This document shows, one piece after another, positions 19,418 to 30,173 of a stretch of DNA of 64,000 nucleotides. The translations under genes were made by a program, and so were the position numbers. The stretch comes from Carpediemonas membranifera BICM (lineage: Eukaryota; Protista; Fornicata), in assembly GCA_019828565.1 (NCBI GenBank), contig JAHDYR010000025.1, positions 496,001-560,000 on the forward strand. Reading direction: 5' to 3'. The notes below the pieces were generated by a model. The model worked only from the letters and a program-made list of their open reading frames with translations. It was not told the DNA's origin and did no database searches. Position 1 is the first letter of the stretch. Each line of letters starts with the position of its first letter.

Positions 19418-21151
19418 ATGAGCAAACGCGATGAGATCTTATTGACAGAGCGCGATCGTGTTTTAGCGTTTGAGCGAAGGAAAGAAGAGATCCGAGCAAA
19501 AATTGCTGCAGACCTGCTGGAAGAGAAGCAGCGCAATGAAGAACTGGAGAAACAAGCTATGGAGAAGAAATTGAATATGCTCAAGGAGATAGAGCGCGAG
19601 ATGAAGGTTGCTGAGCTCAATACGAAGTACCGTCTCCAGCGCGAGTTTCTCGAGGCCTGGCACGCGTTCACGGTCACACAGAGAGAACACATAGTACTAG
19701 CAGACAAGAAATACGCCTCAACTCTCCTCAGACGCTTCCTTAAGAAACGGCGAGCCTTCCGTGCCCATCAGAGACAGGACCACCTTGAGCAGGTAGAGAG
19801 CCGCATTGTCGAGAAAGCGCAGCACACAATCGCCCAGGGCACGACTAGAAGAGCTATGCAGGCCTGGTCCAAGGCGGCTCGGGCCTCGGTTACTGAGAAA
19901 GAGAGCCGCAGCGCCCGTGTCGACTGGACATCCAAGCTGGACAACCTGATCTCCCTCGTAGAGCAGCGGGAGGGGGTGATGCCACCCCGTTTGCCTGAGC
20001 AGACCCAGCAGAGAGAGACGCGTCCCCCGAGGACTCAGAGGCAGCGTGGGAGTGAGGCCCCTGAACAGCACCAGTCGGTCCCGGGACAGGCGGGGGAGGC
20101 GAGGGTGTCTAGACCACTGACCCGCCCTAAGGTGACTGTCACAGTCCCAAAGCCCTTCGCCCTCTCGTATACCAAGCGGAGGCCGAGTGCGGAGGGCGAG
20201 GGCGACGCAGCCCCGGGTGGGGCCACGGAGCAGGCCAAACCGGCTACCAGTCAGCGGCAGACGATCGCTTCAAGGGCGGAGAAGATGAAAGAGCACCGCG
20301 AGAAGGTACGGCAGCGGAGGTTAGAGCAGGAGGCCGAGCTCCAGGCCGAGATCGAGGCCGAGGCAGCAGAACAGAAGGCGAAGATGGCCGAGGACGCCAA
20401 GAAGAGGCGTGAGCAAAAAGCAAAGCGTGAGCGGGCCGCGGCTGCCCGGAAGAAGGAGGACGCCCTCGTATACACAACCAAGCTCCAGCTGAGGTTCGCA
20501 CGGTGGAGGAACTGGACCCACGCCATGGCCAAGGCGCAACGTGCGGCCGAGAAGTTCGACTCGACCCGACTCCAGCGGCGGGTTATGAGCCGTCTGGGGG
20601 TGTCTCTGATGTGGCGCCGGGAGGAGGAGCGCCAGGCGAAGATGGAGCGTGCCCGGGTGCTGCTGGCGCGGATGATGACCAGGAAGTATCTCCTGCTGCT
20701 CCGTGCGAACGTGGAGATCGCCCAGCTCTACTGGGGCCAGGCCGTCACCGTGCACCGCCGGTCTGCCCTCAAGGCAAACATGACGTGCTGGCATGAGTTC
20801 GCGCATGCTGAGACTGTCCGCAAGGAGGCTCGCCGCGCCCTGGACGAGCAGGAAGGGGCCCGTTACCGCCGCCGCCTGGTCCAGCTGTGGGCCCTGCGCC
20901 TGCTGTTCCACCGGGCCACGGCGACTCGGGCGACCCGCATGCTCGAGCGAGAAGTGGCCGAGTCGGTCGATTTTGTCAGGAGTCGGGCCCAAGGGGCGTG
21001 GGACGAGCTCATGCCGGCCCGGGGCGTCTGGGCAACGAGGGTCAGCCGAGAGTTCGAGCGGGGGCTGCCATTTATTGAGCTGAGTCACGCGGAGCTGCCG
21101 GTGGTGGACTATAGGCAGTACGGCATTAGTTTAGAGAAGCTGGGGCGGTAA
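19418..21151 (+). CDS. Basic coiled-coil protein with Trp-containing Sfi1/CCDC191-like segments
   Basis: 577-aa ORF with recurring F/M-x-x-W motifs in R/K-rich helices. Confidence 0.6.
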   Translation: MSKRDEILLTERDRVLAFERRKEEIRAKIAADLLEEKQRNEELEKQAMEKKLNMLKEIEREMKVAELNTKYRLQREFLEAWHAFTVTQREHIVLADKKYASTLLRRFLKKRRAFRAHQRQDHLEQVESRIVEKAQHTIAQGTTRRAMQAWSKAARASVTEKESRSARVDWTSKLDNLISLVEQREGVMPPRLPEQTQQRETRPPRTQRQRGSEAPEQHQSVPGQAGEARVSRPLTRPKVTVTVPKPFALSYTKRRPSAEGEGDAAPGGATEQAKPATSQRQTIASRAEKMKEHREKVRQRRLEQEAELQAEIEAEAAEQKAKMAEDAKKRREQKAKRERAAAARKKEDALVYTTKLQLRFARWRNWTHAMAKAQRAAEKFDSTRLQRRVMSRLGVSLMWRREEERQAKMERARVLLARMMTRKYLLLLRANVEIAQLYWGQAVTVHRRSALKANMTCWHEFAHAETVRKEARRALDEQEGARYRRRLVQLWALRLLFHRATATRATRMLEREVAESVDFVRSRAQGAWDELMPARGVWATRVSREFERGLPFIELSHAELPVVDYRQYGISLEKLGR

Positions 21152-21333
21152 CCCCGGCTGGTAAACGTCAACGTTCCTTTATCGTAGGGTGGAATTGGGT
21201 CGGTTGGGTGGAGAATTGGCGAGGAGACAACGTTTGGGCCCATTCATTGGTCACGTGAATGGCTCTACTGGCTGTTTAGAGCGGGTCGTGACGATGCAAG
21301 AAAAAAACTTAGACGACGACATAACCATCAGAC

Positions 21334-21843
21334 ATGCCCAATCTCATCGATGAGTGCATGACTTGGATAGAATCCATCGACATAGTGTTCTGGGGATCGC
21401 TTGGGCCAGCGTTTTCGATCAGTTTATGCATCCTCGGGGCAGCATGGGGGATTTGGAGCACAGGCAGCACGCTCATTGGCGCCTGCATCAGAAAGAGAGA
21501 AATATGGGTGAAGAACCTAATCTCCATCCTCCTCTGCGAGGCTATCGCCATCTATGGCGTTATTGAGACCATCTTCCTGATCACACACATCAAGTACCAG
21601 GCCGACGAGGAGTACAACCTCAACATCCGCAGGACGATGTACGGCTACCTCGCCTCGGGCCTGGGGACCGGCATTGGATGTGCGTCGGCCGGTGCGGCGG
21701 TCGGAATCCTTGGCGGATACGTCGCCATCAGCGATGCATGGAACAGGCACCTCTTTATCAAGTGTTTCATCGTAGAGGTGTTCGCTGAGGCCATCGGTGT
21801 GATGGCGTTGATTGTCGGCATTGTTAGCGCCGCTAGCGCTTAA
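21334..21843 (+). CDS. VMA16: V-ATPase proteolipid subunit c''
   Basis: GAAWGI, KNLISILLCEAIAIYG, LFIKCFIVEVFA. Confidence 0.88.
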   Translation: MPNLIDECMTWIESIDIVFWGSLGPAFSISLCILGAAWGIWSTGSTLIGACIRKREIWVKNLISILLCEAIAIYGVIETIFLITHIKYQADEEYNLNIRRTMYGYLASGLGTGIGCASAGAAVGILGGYVAISDAWNRHLFIKCFIVEVFAEAIGVMALIVGIVSAASA

Positions 21844-21975
21844 GTCTGTCTGTACAGCGGTGTAAATCTTTCATTTCCAGCTGGGCGAGGGTTCCTGGGC
21901 AACAGTAGCGACATAGACTTCCAGAAGGGAGATTCCAGCACATACCGCCGCAGGTTAGTGCTCTTCTGCGAGGCG

Positions 21976-22560
21976 ATGGATCATCAAAAGAGAAAAGGGA
22001 AGGTCACGTACAGCAAGAACCTGAATCATGCCTATCAGGACAAGATACGTAAGCGGAAGGAGACAGCGCGCGACCAATCGATCAGCCTCATGAAATACAG
22101 ACGCGAACACGGTGGACGGCGGGAGAACTACTTAGAGCAGGTGAAATACCGCCATGCATACGCAGATGCTGCCACCTCCGGCGTTCAAGATGACGAGGAG
22201 TTCAAGAAGAACTTCAAGACGGAGGGGAGGTTCAAGATGCCTCAGAGCAAGCACAAGGCTCCAAAGGAGGTGAAGAAGAGCACGGCGAGACCGCCCGCTA
22301 AGTCTGATCCTCTATTCAGAGCCAAGAAGGAGGCTGAGCGCACGAAGGGCGACCGTGAACGCGCAAAGGAGCAGCGCGACCAAGAGAACGTCGAGATCGA
22401 AGGCCGCAAGCAGGAGTACAAGAAGCACCGCACCGCTGAGCAGAAGAAGATGGCGGCACGCAATGCTAGAGGCCAGCCCAGGCTCGGGTCGAGGATGGAG
22501 GTCATGCTCGGCCGGATCAAGCGGCGGATCGATGCGGACGACGACGACATGGCGCAGTAG
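21976..22560 (+). CDS. Fyv7/TAP26 (CCDC59)-like rRNA processing protein
   Basis: K/E/R-rich protein ending RNARGQPRLGSRMEVMLGRI. Confidence 0.7.
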   Translation: MDHQKRKGKVTYSKNLNHAYQDKIRKRKETARDQSISLMKYRREHGGRRENYLEQVKYRHAYADAATSGVQDDEEFKKNFKTEGRFKMPQSKHKAPKEVKKSTARPPAKSDPLFRAKKEAERTKGDRERAKEQRDQENVEIEGRKQEYKKHRTAEQKKMAARNARGQPRLGSRMEVMLGRIKRRIDADDDDMAQ

Positions 22561-22672
22561 GCGGAGCATATTATAGCACTCATGTAAATGGCGGTTAAGG
22601 CGTCGCCTGGGCCTCTGTGAGAGCACACTGCTGGCATGGTATGTTTTGCCAGATTTGACCAGGCACAGTTCG

Positions 22673-25600
22673 ATGCTTCGTGGACGTGGCCGCATTTCCT
22701 CTGTGAGGAGAACTGGTGGGCGTAACACAAGCAATGTGAAGTATAAGAGCAACACACAGCCGTGTTGGAGCATACATTGCAAACAGTGCGCAGACGCCAT
22801 GAAGGATGTCGGTGGTCCGATCCTGTCTTCACTCACCGCCACGCATTACGTTATCCCAGACAAAAGTGCCATCGAAGCCTACACCTCTCTTTTCCAGCAC
22901 CAGCTTGTGACTGATGTTATTCTTTTGGCCTCCGTCCGCGACGCCTGCTCCAATACCGTCAAGGCGCGGGCTTTCAAGGACTCAGACCGCGAGCGACGTG
23001 TAGCCATCTTCTCCGATGACATAGACAGCAGCATTGCACACCCCCACGGGGCGACCCCCGAGGCGCGTGCCCTCTTCTCCGCACTGCACCTGGCAGACCA
23101 TCTGCGTCAGTCTAACGATGCTGTGCGCATCACCTTGCTCACAGCTACCCCGGATGCTGCTGAGTACGTCTCTGTGGCTTCCCCCGGCCCCGTGGCGGTG
23201 GGGACCGTGCCTGACTGGGTTGAGTCCCAGGAAGAGACCACACGGGAGGCCCTGCGGCCTCTAGTCGAGAGCACCAACGACAAGGACGGCCGGTGGACAT
23301 ATGAGCCCCACCTCGACGAGCAGAATGCCCTCGGCCTGGTCGAGTCGGGCGAGTTGGGGCGCGGTGTCCTCCGCGTCGCCCGCACCACGCCGTACTTCGG
23401 TACGGTGAGCACTGCCCTGCACGAGCAGCCCATTCTCATCGTCTCCAAGCGGGCTATGAACCGAGCGATGAACGGCGACAAGGTTGCCGTCCAGCTCCTG
23501 CCCGAGACCGAGTGGCGCGCCCCCAAGCCATCCATCGACGACAACTCAGAGAGCACCATGCCCACCAGCCAGCCGGTCGGCAAGGTCGTCGCCATCCTTG
23601 ACCCAGCCCGCCGCATGTTCTGCGGGTCGGTCGACCCAGAGACCATCTCCGGCAACTGGGCGCAGTTTCAGCCCGTCGCCCCGAATGTGCCGCGGCATAG
23701 GTTCTTCAGCAAAGTCATGTCCAGCCTCGTGGGCAAGAGAATCGTCGTATCGACCATACGCTGGGCTGCAGAGCACGCGATGCCCGACGGTCACTACTCT
23801 TACACCGTCGGGGCCAATGTCACAAAGCAGGCAGATCCAACCCGTTCTGACAGGGCCGGGGAGATCGGCGACACGTGGACCGAGAGCGAGGTCGTCCTCA
23901 TCGAGCACGGCATCCGGCACCACGCCCTGACAACGCCAGACATCGCCGCATGCCTCCCCCCTGAGGGCTACTACGGCGACCACGAGGGGAACAACCCCAC
24001 CGCCATGTTCGAGGCCGAGCGGGCCCAGCCCTACCGGGTCGACCTCTCGTCACGGCCCATCGCCAGCGTCGACCCGCCCGGGTGTGTGGACATCGACGAC
24101 GCCCTGCACGCGGCCCCACTTTCCGACCTGGTGGCAAGCGGGGCCTGGCTGCCGTGGGATGAGGCGACTATGGCCAAGGACGACGGCAGCTTTGTCGAGG
24201 TCGGAGTTCACATCGCCGACGTCTCGCACTTCGTCCACCCCGGGACCGCCGTCGACGCGGAGGCCGCCCTTCGCTGCACCTCGGTCTACTTCGTGGAGAA
24301 GCGCATCGATATGCTCCCCTCCCTCCTCACCACGGACGTGTGCTCTCTGCACGGGGCCTGGCGCGACGACATCCAGGGCTACCCCGGTGGCATCGAGACT
24401 GAGGGCCTGAGCCGGCTGGCGTTCAGTGCTCTCTTCCTCTTCGACATCAACACGGGCCGTCAGGTGGCTGAGCCCGTGTTCTCGAAGTCGGTCATCGCAT
24501 CAAAGGCCGAGCTCTCGTACGGAACCGCACAGAAGATGCTGGACGGTGAGCTGGTCGACGGCAAGCCCGTGGGGCCCCCTGGAGCTGCCGTTCGCACATC
24601 TCTCGACATGCTCTGGAAGCTCGCACAAAAACTGCGCGACTTCAGGGCCCAGGCTGGCGCCCTCAGTCTGGCCTCCGACGCGGTCAAGTTCGAGTTCAGC
24701 GAGGAGCTCGACAGGGGCACTAAGAAGCCCGTGGGGGTCCACGAATACCCCGCTGTCAACACACACAGCCTCGTCGAGGAGTTCATGCTGCTGGCGAACG
24801 GCGCGGTGGCCCAGAAGGTCTGGATGACGCTGCCCGGGACGGCCTTGCTGCGCCTCCACCCCCCGCCGAAGACAACGGCCCTGGATGAGCTCAACAAGCT
24901 GCTCGACACGAAGTATGGCGTGGTGCTCAACGGCGAGACCAACCTGCAGCTCGCCAACAGTCTGCGGGTGATCGAGACCAAGCTGCGCAAGACCATGGCG
25001 CCCGGCGACGCTGGGCGTGCGATGAAGCATATCAAGATCCTCGTCACACGGTGCATGTCGCTTGCCGTGTACTTCTCCTCGGGGGCACTCGGCGCAGGAC
25101 TGAGCAGAGCCCTGGAGGCCGCGTCATTCGACACAACACCGCCCCCGGAGTTCGCCCATTTCGGCCTGGCCGCGCCCATTTACACCCACTTCACTTCCCC
25201 GATCCGGAGATACGCAGATCTGATCGTCCATCGTCTCCTGGCTAGTTCTATCGGCGTGATGGACCAGGCCAGCCTCCCCCCGGATCACAGGGAGAGCATG
25301 AAGCTGCAGACCCTCGCCGACCGCATGAACGAGAGAAAGAAGCACGCGGACGATGCCGGGCGGGATAACAGTGCCAACACCATCGCCCTGATGTTCCGAA
25401 ACAACAAGGACATGGCCGGCAAGCCCGTCGCGGCGTGCGTCCTCTCCGTCCGGCCTGACGGGCTGGTGGTGATGATGCCTGACTACGGCGTCGAGGGCAA
25501 GGTGCCGACCAAGGGGACATACGACAGCAGGAGACAGAGTCTCACCGTGAACGGCCGGGAGATCAGTGTGTTCGACACCGTCACGGTCGTACCGCAGTGC

Positions 25601-25693
25601 GAGAAGACGCAGAGCTACCAGCTCAGGCTCAATATCACACTGGCGCAGGACGGGAAGCGCAAGGCTGCGACCACCGCGGGGGTGAAGAAGTGA
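22673..25693 (+). CDS. DIS3: Exosome catalytic subunit Dis3/Rrp44
   Basis: NRAMNGDKVAV, SVDPPGCVDIDDALH, LVEEFMLLAN, YTHFTSPIRRYAD. Confidence 0.93.
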   Translation: MLRGRGRISSVRRTGGRNTSNVKYKSNTQPCWSIHCKQCADAMKDVGGPILSSLTATHYVIPDKSAIEAYTSLFQHQLVTDVILLASVRDACSNTVKARAFKDSDRERRVAIFSDDIDSSIAHPHGATPEARALFSALHLADHLRQSNDAVRITLLTATPDAAEYVSVASPGPVAVGTVPDWVESQEETTREALRPLVESTNDKDGRWTYEPHLDEQNALGLVESGELGRGVLRVARTTPYFGTVSTALHEQPILIVSKRAMNRAMNGDKVAVQLLPETEWRAPKPSIDDNSESTMPTSQPVGKVVAILDPARRMFCGSVDPETISGNWAQFQPVAPNVPRHRFFSKVMSSLVGKRIVVSTIRWAAEHAMPDGHYSYTVGANVTKQADPTRSDRAGEIGDTWTESEVVLIEHGIRHHALTTPDIAACLPPEGYYGDHEGNNPTAMFEAERAQPYRVDLSSRPIASVDPPGCVDIDDALHAAPLSDLVASGAWLPWDEATMAKDDGSFVEVGVHIADVSHFVHPGTAVDAEAALRCTSVYFVEKRIDMLPSLLTTDVCSLHGAWRDDIQGYPGGIETEGLSRLAFSALFLFDINTGRQVAEPVFSKSVIASKAELSYGTAQKMLDGELVDGKPVGPPGAAVRTSLDMLWKLAQKLRDFRAQAGALSLASDAVKFEFSEELDRGTKKPVGVHEYPAVNTHSLVEEFMLLANGAVAQKVWMTLPGTALLRLHPPPKTTALDELNKLLDTKYGVVLNGETNLQLANSLRVIETKLRKTMAPGDAGRAMKHIKILVTRCMSLAVYFSSGALGAGLSRALEAASFDTTPPPEFAHFGLAAPIYTHFTSPIRRYADLIVHRLLASSIGVMDQASLPPDHRESMKLQTLADRMNERKKHADDAGRDNSANTIALMFRNNKDMAGKPVAACVLSVRPDGLVVMMPDYGVEGKVPTKGTYDSRRQSLTVNGREISVFDTVTVVPQCEKTQSYQLRLNITLAQDGKRKAATTAGVKK

Positions 25694-25781
25694 TCGTGGT
25701 CAAATGAACATAAATTGCGGATTTAGCGAAAATTTAAGACGCAAACTCACGCCAAGTCATAAATGAAGCCGGCCAGCGTGC

Positions 25782-27104
25782 TCAGGCGTATTGGTTAATC
25801 CACAGCCCCTGGCGGTCCTCGGCGTCAAGGGTCCTACCGAGGTCGCCCTGGATGCCCGTGATCCTGGCGTTGCCAGCCTCGTCCTGGGCCATCTCAATAT
25901 CCGCCTTGATATCTGCGTTAAATCTATCAGGCCCCGCGACCAGCCCCACGCCCGGACTCGGCCTGAGCTCCCTCAGTCTCTCGTGCACGCGACGCACTAT
26001 AAGGTCGAGATCCTGGGCGGTGTTGAGGTTCGTGCGGGTGTTGTTGGCGATCCCGAGGCTGTAGTCGGGCGTGTAGTAGTCGTAGTACAGGTTGTTCGGG
26101 ATGCCGGCAGGAAGCGTCTTGTTAACACAGAGCGCCGTCTCGTACGCCCAGCAGCGAGCGCAGTTTCTCATCGTGTAGCCGCCTCCGCCGACGAGCATTG
26201 TGGGGATGTTGAAGGACTTGACGAAAGACACACACTCGCCGTGCCCGGCGATGGACAGGTTGAAGCAGCCGAGCCTGTCGTTCGCGAGGGAGTCAGCGCC
26301 GCACTGAAGCACGATGGCGCCGGGCCTAAAGTGCTCCATGACGTCACTGATGACCCGCTTGAAGAGGAACGTGTACGATGGGTCGTCCATGCCGTCGTTG
26401 AGCGGCACGTTGACGGCATACCCCGCGCCGGTGTCCACACCGACGTCCTCGAGGGCGCCGGTTTCTGGGAAGAAGTGGTCGCCGTACTTGTGGAAGGAGA
26501 CAGTCATCACGCGGTCGGTGGTTAAGAATGCCTCTTCTACGCCGTCGCCATGGTGGATGTCGATGTCGACGTAGAGCACGCGCGGAATGAACTTCAGCAG
26601 CTCCAGGATGCCCAGGACAATGTCGTTGGAGTAGCAGAAGCCGCTGGCCTCGCTCCTCTTGGCGTGGTGCATGCCACCCATCCAATTGATCGCGAGGTCG
26701 GCGTGCCCCGAGATGAGGTGGGCCGCCCCAGTTACTGTCCCGCCGCACGAGCGCTGGCAGTATGGGAAGATGTCGACCACGGCGGGGCAGTCCTCTGTGC
26801 CGATGTTGAACTCGTTAGATTCCTCGAACGTGGCGTTGCTGGGCGAGATCTTCTCCAGGAAGTCGACGTATTCCTTGGTGTGAAACTTCGTCATCTCTGC
26901 GTGGGATAGAAGTTCTGGATTGTAGATGGACATATCCTCGTGGAGGCCATAGTTCAAAACAAGCTCAAATGTGAGGCTAGCGCGAAACGGCTTCATGAAA
27001 TGGTTCGGGCCAAAGTAGTACTGCCCGAAATCGTTGTCATGGAAGTAACTCACCACACGCTTGCGTGTATTATCGCTTTCGTGGTCAAGTGATGCTGGCT
27101 GCAT
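25782..27104 (-). CDS. Class I histone deacetylase (Rpd3/HDAC1-3)
   Basis: GGMHHAKRSEASGFCY, YVDIDIHHGDGVEEAF, QCGADSL, GGGGY. Confidence 0.96.
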   Translation of the reverse strand: MQPASLDHESDNTRKRVVSYFHDNDFGQYYFGPNHFMKPFRASLTFELVLNYGLHEDMSIYNPELLSHAEMTKFHTKEYVDFLEKISPSNATFEESNEFNIGTEDCPAVVDIFPYCQRSCGGTVTGAAHLISGHADLAINWMGGMHHAKRSEASGFCYSNDIVLGILELLKFIPRVLYVDIDIHHGDGVEEAFLTTDRVMTVSFHKYGDHFFPETGALEDVGVDTGAGYAVNVPLNDGMDDPSYTFLFKRVISDVMEHFRPGAIVLQCGADSLANDRLGCFNLSIAGHGECVSFVKSFNIPTMLVGGGGYTMRNCARCWAYETALCVNKTLPAGIPNNLYYDYYTPDYSLGIANNTRTNLNTAQDLDLIVRRVHERLRELRPSPGVGLVAGPDRFNADIKADIEMAQDEAGNARITGIQGDLGRTLDAEDRQGLWINQYA

Positions 27105-27298
27105 GAATGAGAGACTGTCGTCTGCAGAGCAGTTTCAAGAGACACACAAAGTGCAGGTTATGCTCGGGTCGGAAAGGAGCCTGCAACACCGTCAGACAGG
27201 TATGACCACACACAGACAGCCTCTCCCACCTCAAGGATTGTTAGTGCAGTTTTAGAACTGTCTGCGCAGAACGTGGCCGACAATCGCGTCTGAGCATA

Positions 27299-27982
27299 AT
27301 GGCGCCGAAAATCGTGCTTCTTCCAGAAGAAAAGATGGTGCTGGAGATCATTCTCCAAGGTGGTTCGAACGGGAAGCGCAAGACTGAGACGCTTCGTGAG
27401 ATGAGGCGGAGAACAAAGGAGGTGACCAAATCAAGCCTCGAAAACGTTCTTGACAAGCTCAAGAACGAGAAACTGATCAAAGAAGTGACTGCACAAACGG
27501 CCCGAAACGACAAAGTGCTCATGGGCTTCGACTTCAAGCCCTCCAAGGAGCTTACAGGCAGTGCATGGTACTCAGATGGCGTCCTCGACCTTGACTTCGT
27601 CCACCAGCTGTTCGATATTGTTGCGGAGTACCTGAGCTCTGCCAGCCGCTACTGCACAGAGAAGACCATCCTCGACGTGCTACAGCAGAGCGGTGTGCTC
27701 CCCGCAGATATCCGCGACAATGTAGGCGACGAGGAGGTCGCCCAGCTGATGAATGCGATGCGTCTGGACGGTGTGGTGACCGTGAAGGAGCAGGACGAGG
27801 GGAGGTTCTACTCACTCGTCGTAGACGCCCAGCAGCACGGCGGGAGGGAACTCGCGTCGCTGCTCGAGACGCCGTGCTACCACTGCCCCGTGAGGATGCG
27901 GTGCTCCATGCTCCAGGTGGAGGACGTGTGCCCCCAGCGGTGCGAGTACTTCAACGGTCTCCTGGCTGGCGCCAACAGGTGA
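27299..27982 (+). CDS. RPC34: RNA polymerase III subunit RPC34/RPC6
   Basis: PSKELTGSAWYSDG and C-terminal PCYHCPV..C..CPQRCEY cluster. Confidence 0.85.
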   Translation: MAPKIVLLPEEKMVLEIILQGGSNGKRKTETLREMRRRTKEVTKSSLENVLDKLKNEKLIKEVTAQTARNDKVLMGFDFKPSKELTGSAWYSDGVLDLDFVHQLFDIVAEYLSSASRYCTEKTILDVLQQSGVLPADIRDNVGDEEVAQLMNAMRLDGVVTVKEQDEGRFYSLVVDAQQHGGRELASLLETPCYHCPVRMRCSMLQVEDVCPQRCEYFNGLLAGANR

Positions 27983-28198
27983 GGTGCCGGCGTTGCCGAA
28001 TAAAGTCCCTTCGCTTTACTGACGCATGTGTTTAGTGCTTCTTCGTGTTCGTCCCCTACAGACTGTGCCCGACACAGCAGAATGCGACCGTGGCTGTATA
28101 GCACCGGCATACAGGTCACAGAGTCGTATCAGACGGGTGCTCGCGGGGCCTTGCCGGGTGCGGCGGGTCATCCAGAGTCATCAGAAGAAGACAACGAA

Positions 28199-28852
28199 AT
28201 GAATCAAGCCTTCGCCATTGGTGAAGACGATTCCGATACTGAAACCGAATCCATTGAGGAAATGCCCATCGTGCAGCCTGAAGCGCCCGTTGAGGCACCA
28301 GTGGATGAGACGAAGAAGGACGAGCCGCAGCCAGCGAAGCCAACGCTCGTGTTCACAGCTGGCGAGGATGAGTCCTCTTCTGAGGACGAAGAGCCGCCTG
28401 TCAAACCCACGCTTGCTTTCACAGCCGGCGAAGACGACGAGACCTCTTCCGAAGAAGAAGATGCGCCAACACCAGCGCCCGCGGCGCCACAGAAGCCCGC
28501 TCTTGCTTTCACTGCGGGCGAGGATGACTCCTCCGAGGAGAGCAGCGACGACGAGCCGATCGTCGAGATCCCAGTGACGCACACGTCGTCTACGATGCCG
28601 AAGCCCGCCCCAGTACGGCGAGCCGGGCCCCACAGGCCCACGGAGAAGTGCATAGAGCGCATGGTTGACACGCATAAGGCCTCCCTAGACGAGGCGACCA
28701 ATCTCCTTGCCGTGTCGGCAGCCCAGGTGCTCACTGTCGTCCAGGACGTTGACAGGGGGTACAAGACGGCAAAGAGCAACATCAGGCAGACGGTTCAGCA
28801 GCTGCATAAGCTGTACCTGCACCAGAGCCAGTTTAGCGGGGGGCAGGTGTAG
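28199..28852 (+). CDS. Acidic repeat protein, possibly BLOC-1 subunit 3-like
   Basis: Four F(T/A)(A/I)GED repeats with S/E runs, then a C-terminal helical domain. Confidence 0.6.
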   Translation: MNQAFAIGEDDSDTETESIEEMPIVQPEAPVEAPVDETKKDEPQPAKPTLVFTAGEDESSSEDEEPPVKPTLAFTAGEDDETSSEEEDAPTPAPAAPQKPALAFTAGEDDSSEESSDDEPIVEIPVTHTSSTMPKPAPVRRAGPHRPTEKCIERMVDTHKASLDEATNLLAVSAAQVLTVVQDVDRGYKTAKSNIRQTVQQLHKLYLHQSQFSGGQV

Positions 28853-28978
28853 GACATGGTAAAGGGTCGGCCGATGGTGGCGTGATGGTGGTTCTATGGA
28901 TCTGGGACTTGGGTTGGGGTTGTCTCGTGGCCAGACTCCTGGTGCTGGTTGCCCCTGAGTTGCAGAGACAAAAGACTG

Positions 28979-30043
28979 ATGCGGTCGCAGCTCACAGAGC
29001 GGGCGAACGAGCATCTATCAGCGTATGGACTCTCAGAGTTCCCCGATTACCTGCTCACTGACATGCTCACCGCTGTGATCAGCAACTCGCACTGGTTGCT
29101 CAACGTAAGCCAGATCCCAGCCGCCCAGCGCAGCCCCACGGTAACATCGATCCTCAGGGCATGCAACTGCATCCTCCCGCATACTATTATCCGCGTGCCC
29201 TTCTCCCCCGAGTCTGAGAACCCCGTCAAGTCTGTGTTCGACATCAATCGCATCCTCTCCATCGCCGCAGAGGACCACGGGCCAACGTACACGGCACAGC
29301 TCCGCGTACCCACGTTCCAATCCTCCCAGACACCTGCCTTCGACGCCTCTCTGGTTGGGTTCCGCACGCCGCGGGGCCGCAAGTCCATGGTGCCAATGAC
29401 GCCAGTCGTCCAGACGACAAGGGTGCAGACCAGGAAGATTGTCATCATCGCCGAGGACTTTGACGCGGCAGACGTGACTCTGCAGTGCCGGGTCGTCGAG
29501 TTGCTCTCGAAGATGCAGGACGACGAGCTCCGATGCTGCATGATCGCCACTGTGGGAGGGAACAACACAGTCAGGTTGGTGCGGCAGGTGAGGACGTACA
29601 TCCTCGGGGAAACCGTCCTCGCACACCCCATTCTGACGACAAGTCTGATCACCCCTTCGCCCCTGCTAACCGAGGATGAGGTCGCCGGCCTCTCTGAGCT
29701 GGACGCAGTGACTGTGAACATCGACCTTCTGGCGTACACCAGAGATATCCTCAACAACGAAGCCCTCGACACCCGAACGACGCCCGGGTTCCCGGCCAGG
29801 GCGGCTCAGCTCATAGTACTGGGCGCCAAGGCACTTGCGATGCTCCGGAGCCGACGGTTTGTGATTCCCATGGACGTCCAGGACATAGCGTACCACGTGA
29901 TGCTGCCCCGGGTCGAGCGGCAGGGCGTGCTCGACGTGATGCCCAGCGCACACGGCGATGAAACCCGGTCAACCCGGAGCATCGACTCAGTAGTTGAGCG
30001 GGTTGTTCGGGAGGCCATTGACCTGGCGCCGGTTCCGTTGTGA
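28979..30043 (+). CDS. Degenerate AAA protein with MoxR/ChlI-type lid domain
   Basis: RAAQLIVLGAKALAMLRSRRFVIPMDVQDIAYHVMLPR; no Walker A seen. Confidence 0.7.
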   Translation: MRSQLTERANEHLSAYGLSEFPDYLLTDMLTAVISNSHWLLNVSQIPAAQRSPTVTSILRACNCILPHTIIRVPFSPESENPVKSVFDINRILSIAAEDHGPTYTAQLRVPTFQSSQTPAFDASLVGFRTPRGRKSMVPMTPVVQTTRVQTRKIVIIAEDFDAADVTLQCRVVELLSKMQDDELRCCMIATVGGNNTVRLVRQVRTYILGETVLAHPILTTSLITPSPLLTEDEVAGLSELDAVTVNIDLLAYTRDILNNEALDTRTTPGFPARAAQLIVLGAKALAMLRSRRFVIPMDVQDIAYHVMLPRVERQGVLDVMPSAHGDETRSTRSIDSVVERVVREAIDLAPVPL

Positions 30044-30173
30044 GGCTGGTGCTGGATTGTTTCGGTCGCTTTCAACATGCAGTTCCTTAAATATTCTATC
30101 GTGGGGCCAGCTGTTTCTTGGGTTGAGGTGTCTGGGCGATACTGGGCTGGGGTCGGTGAGTCGCGGAGTCAGA

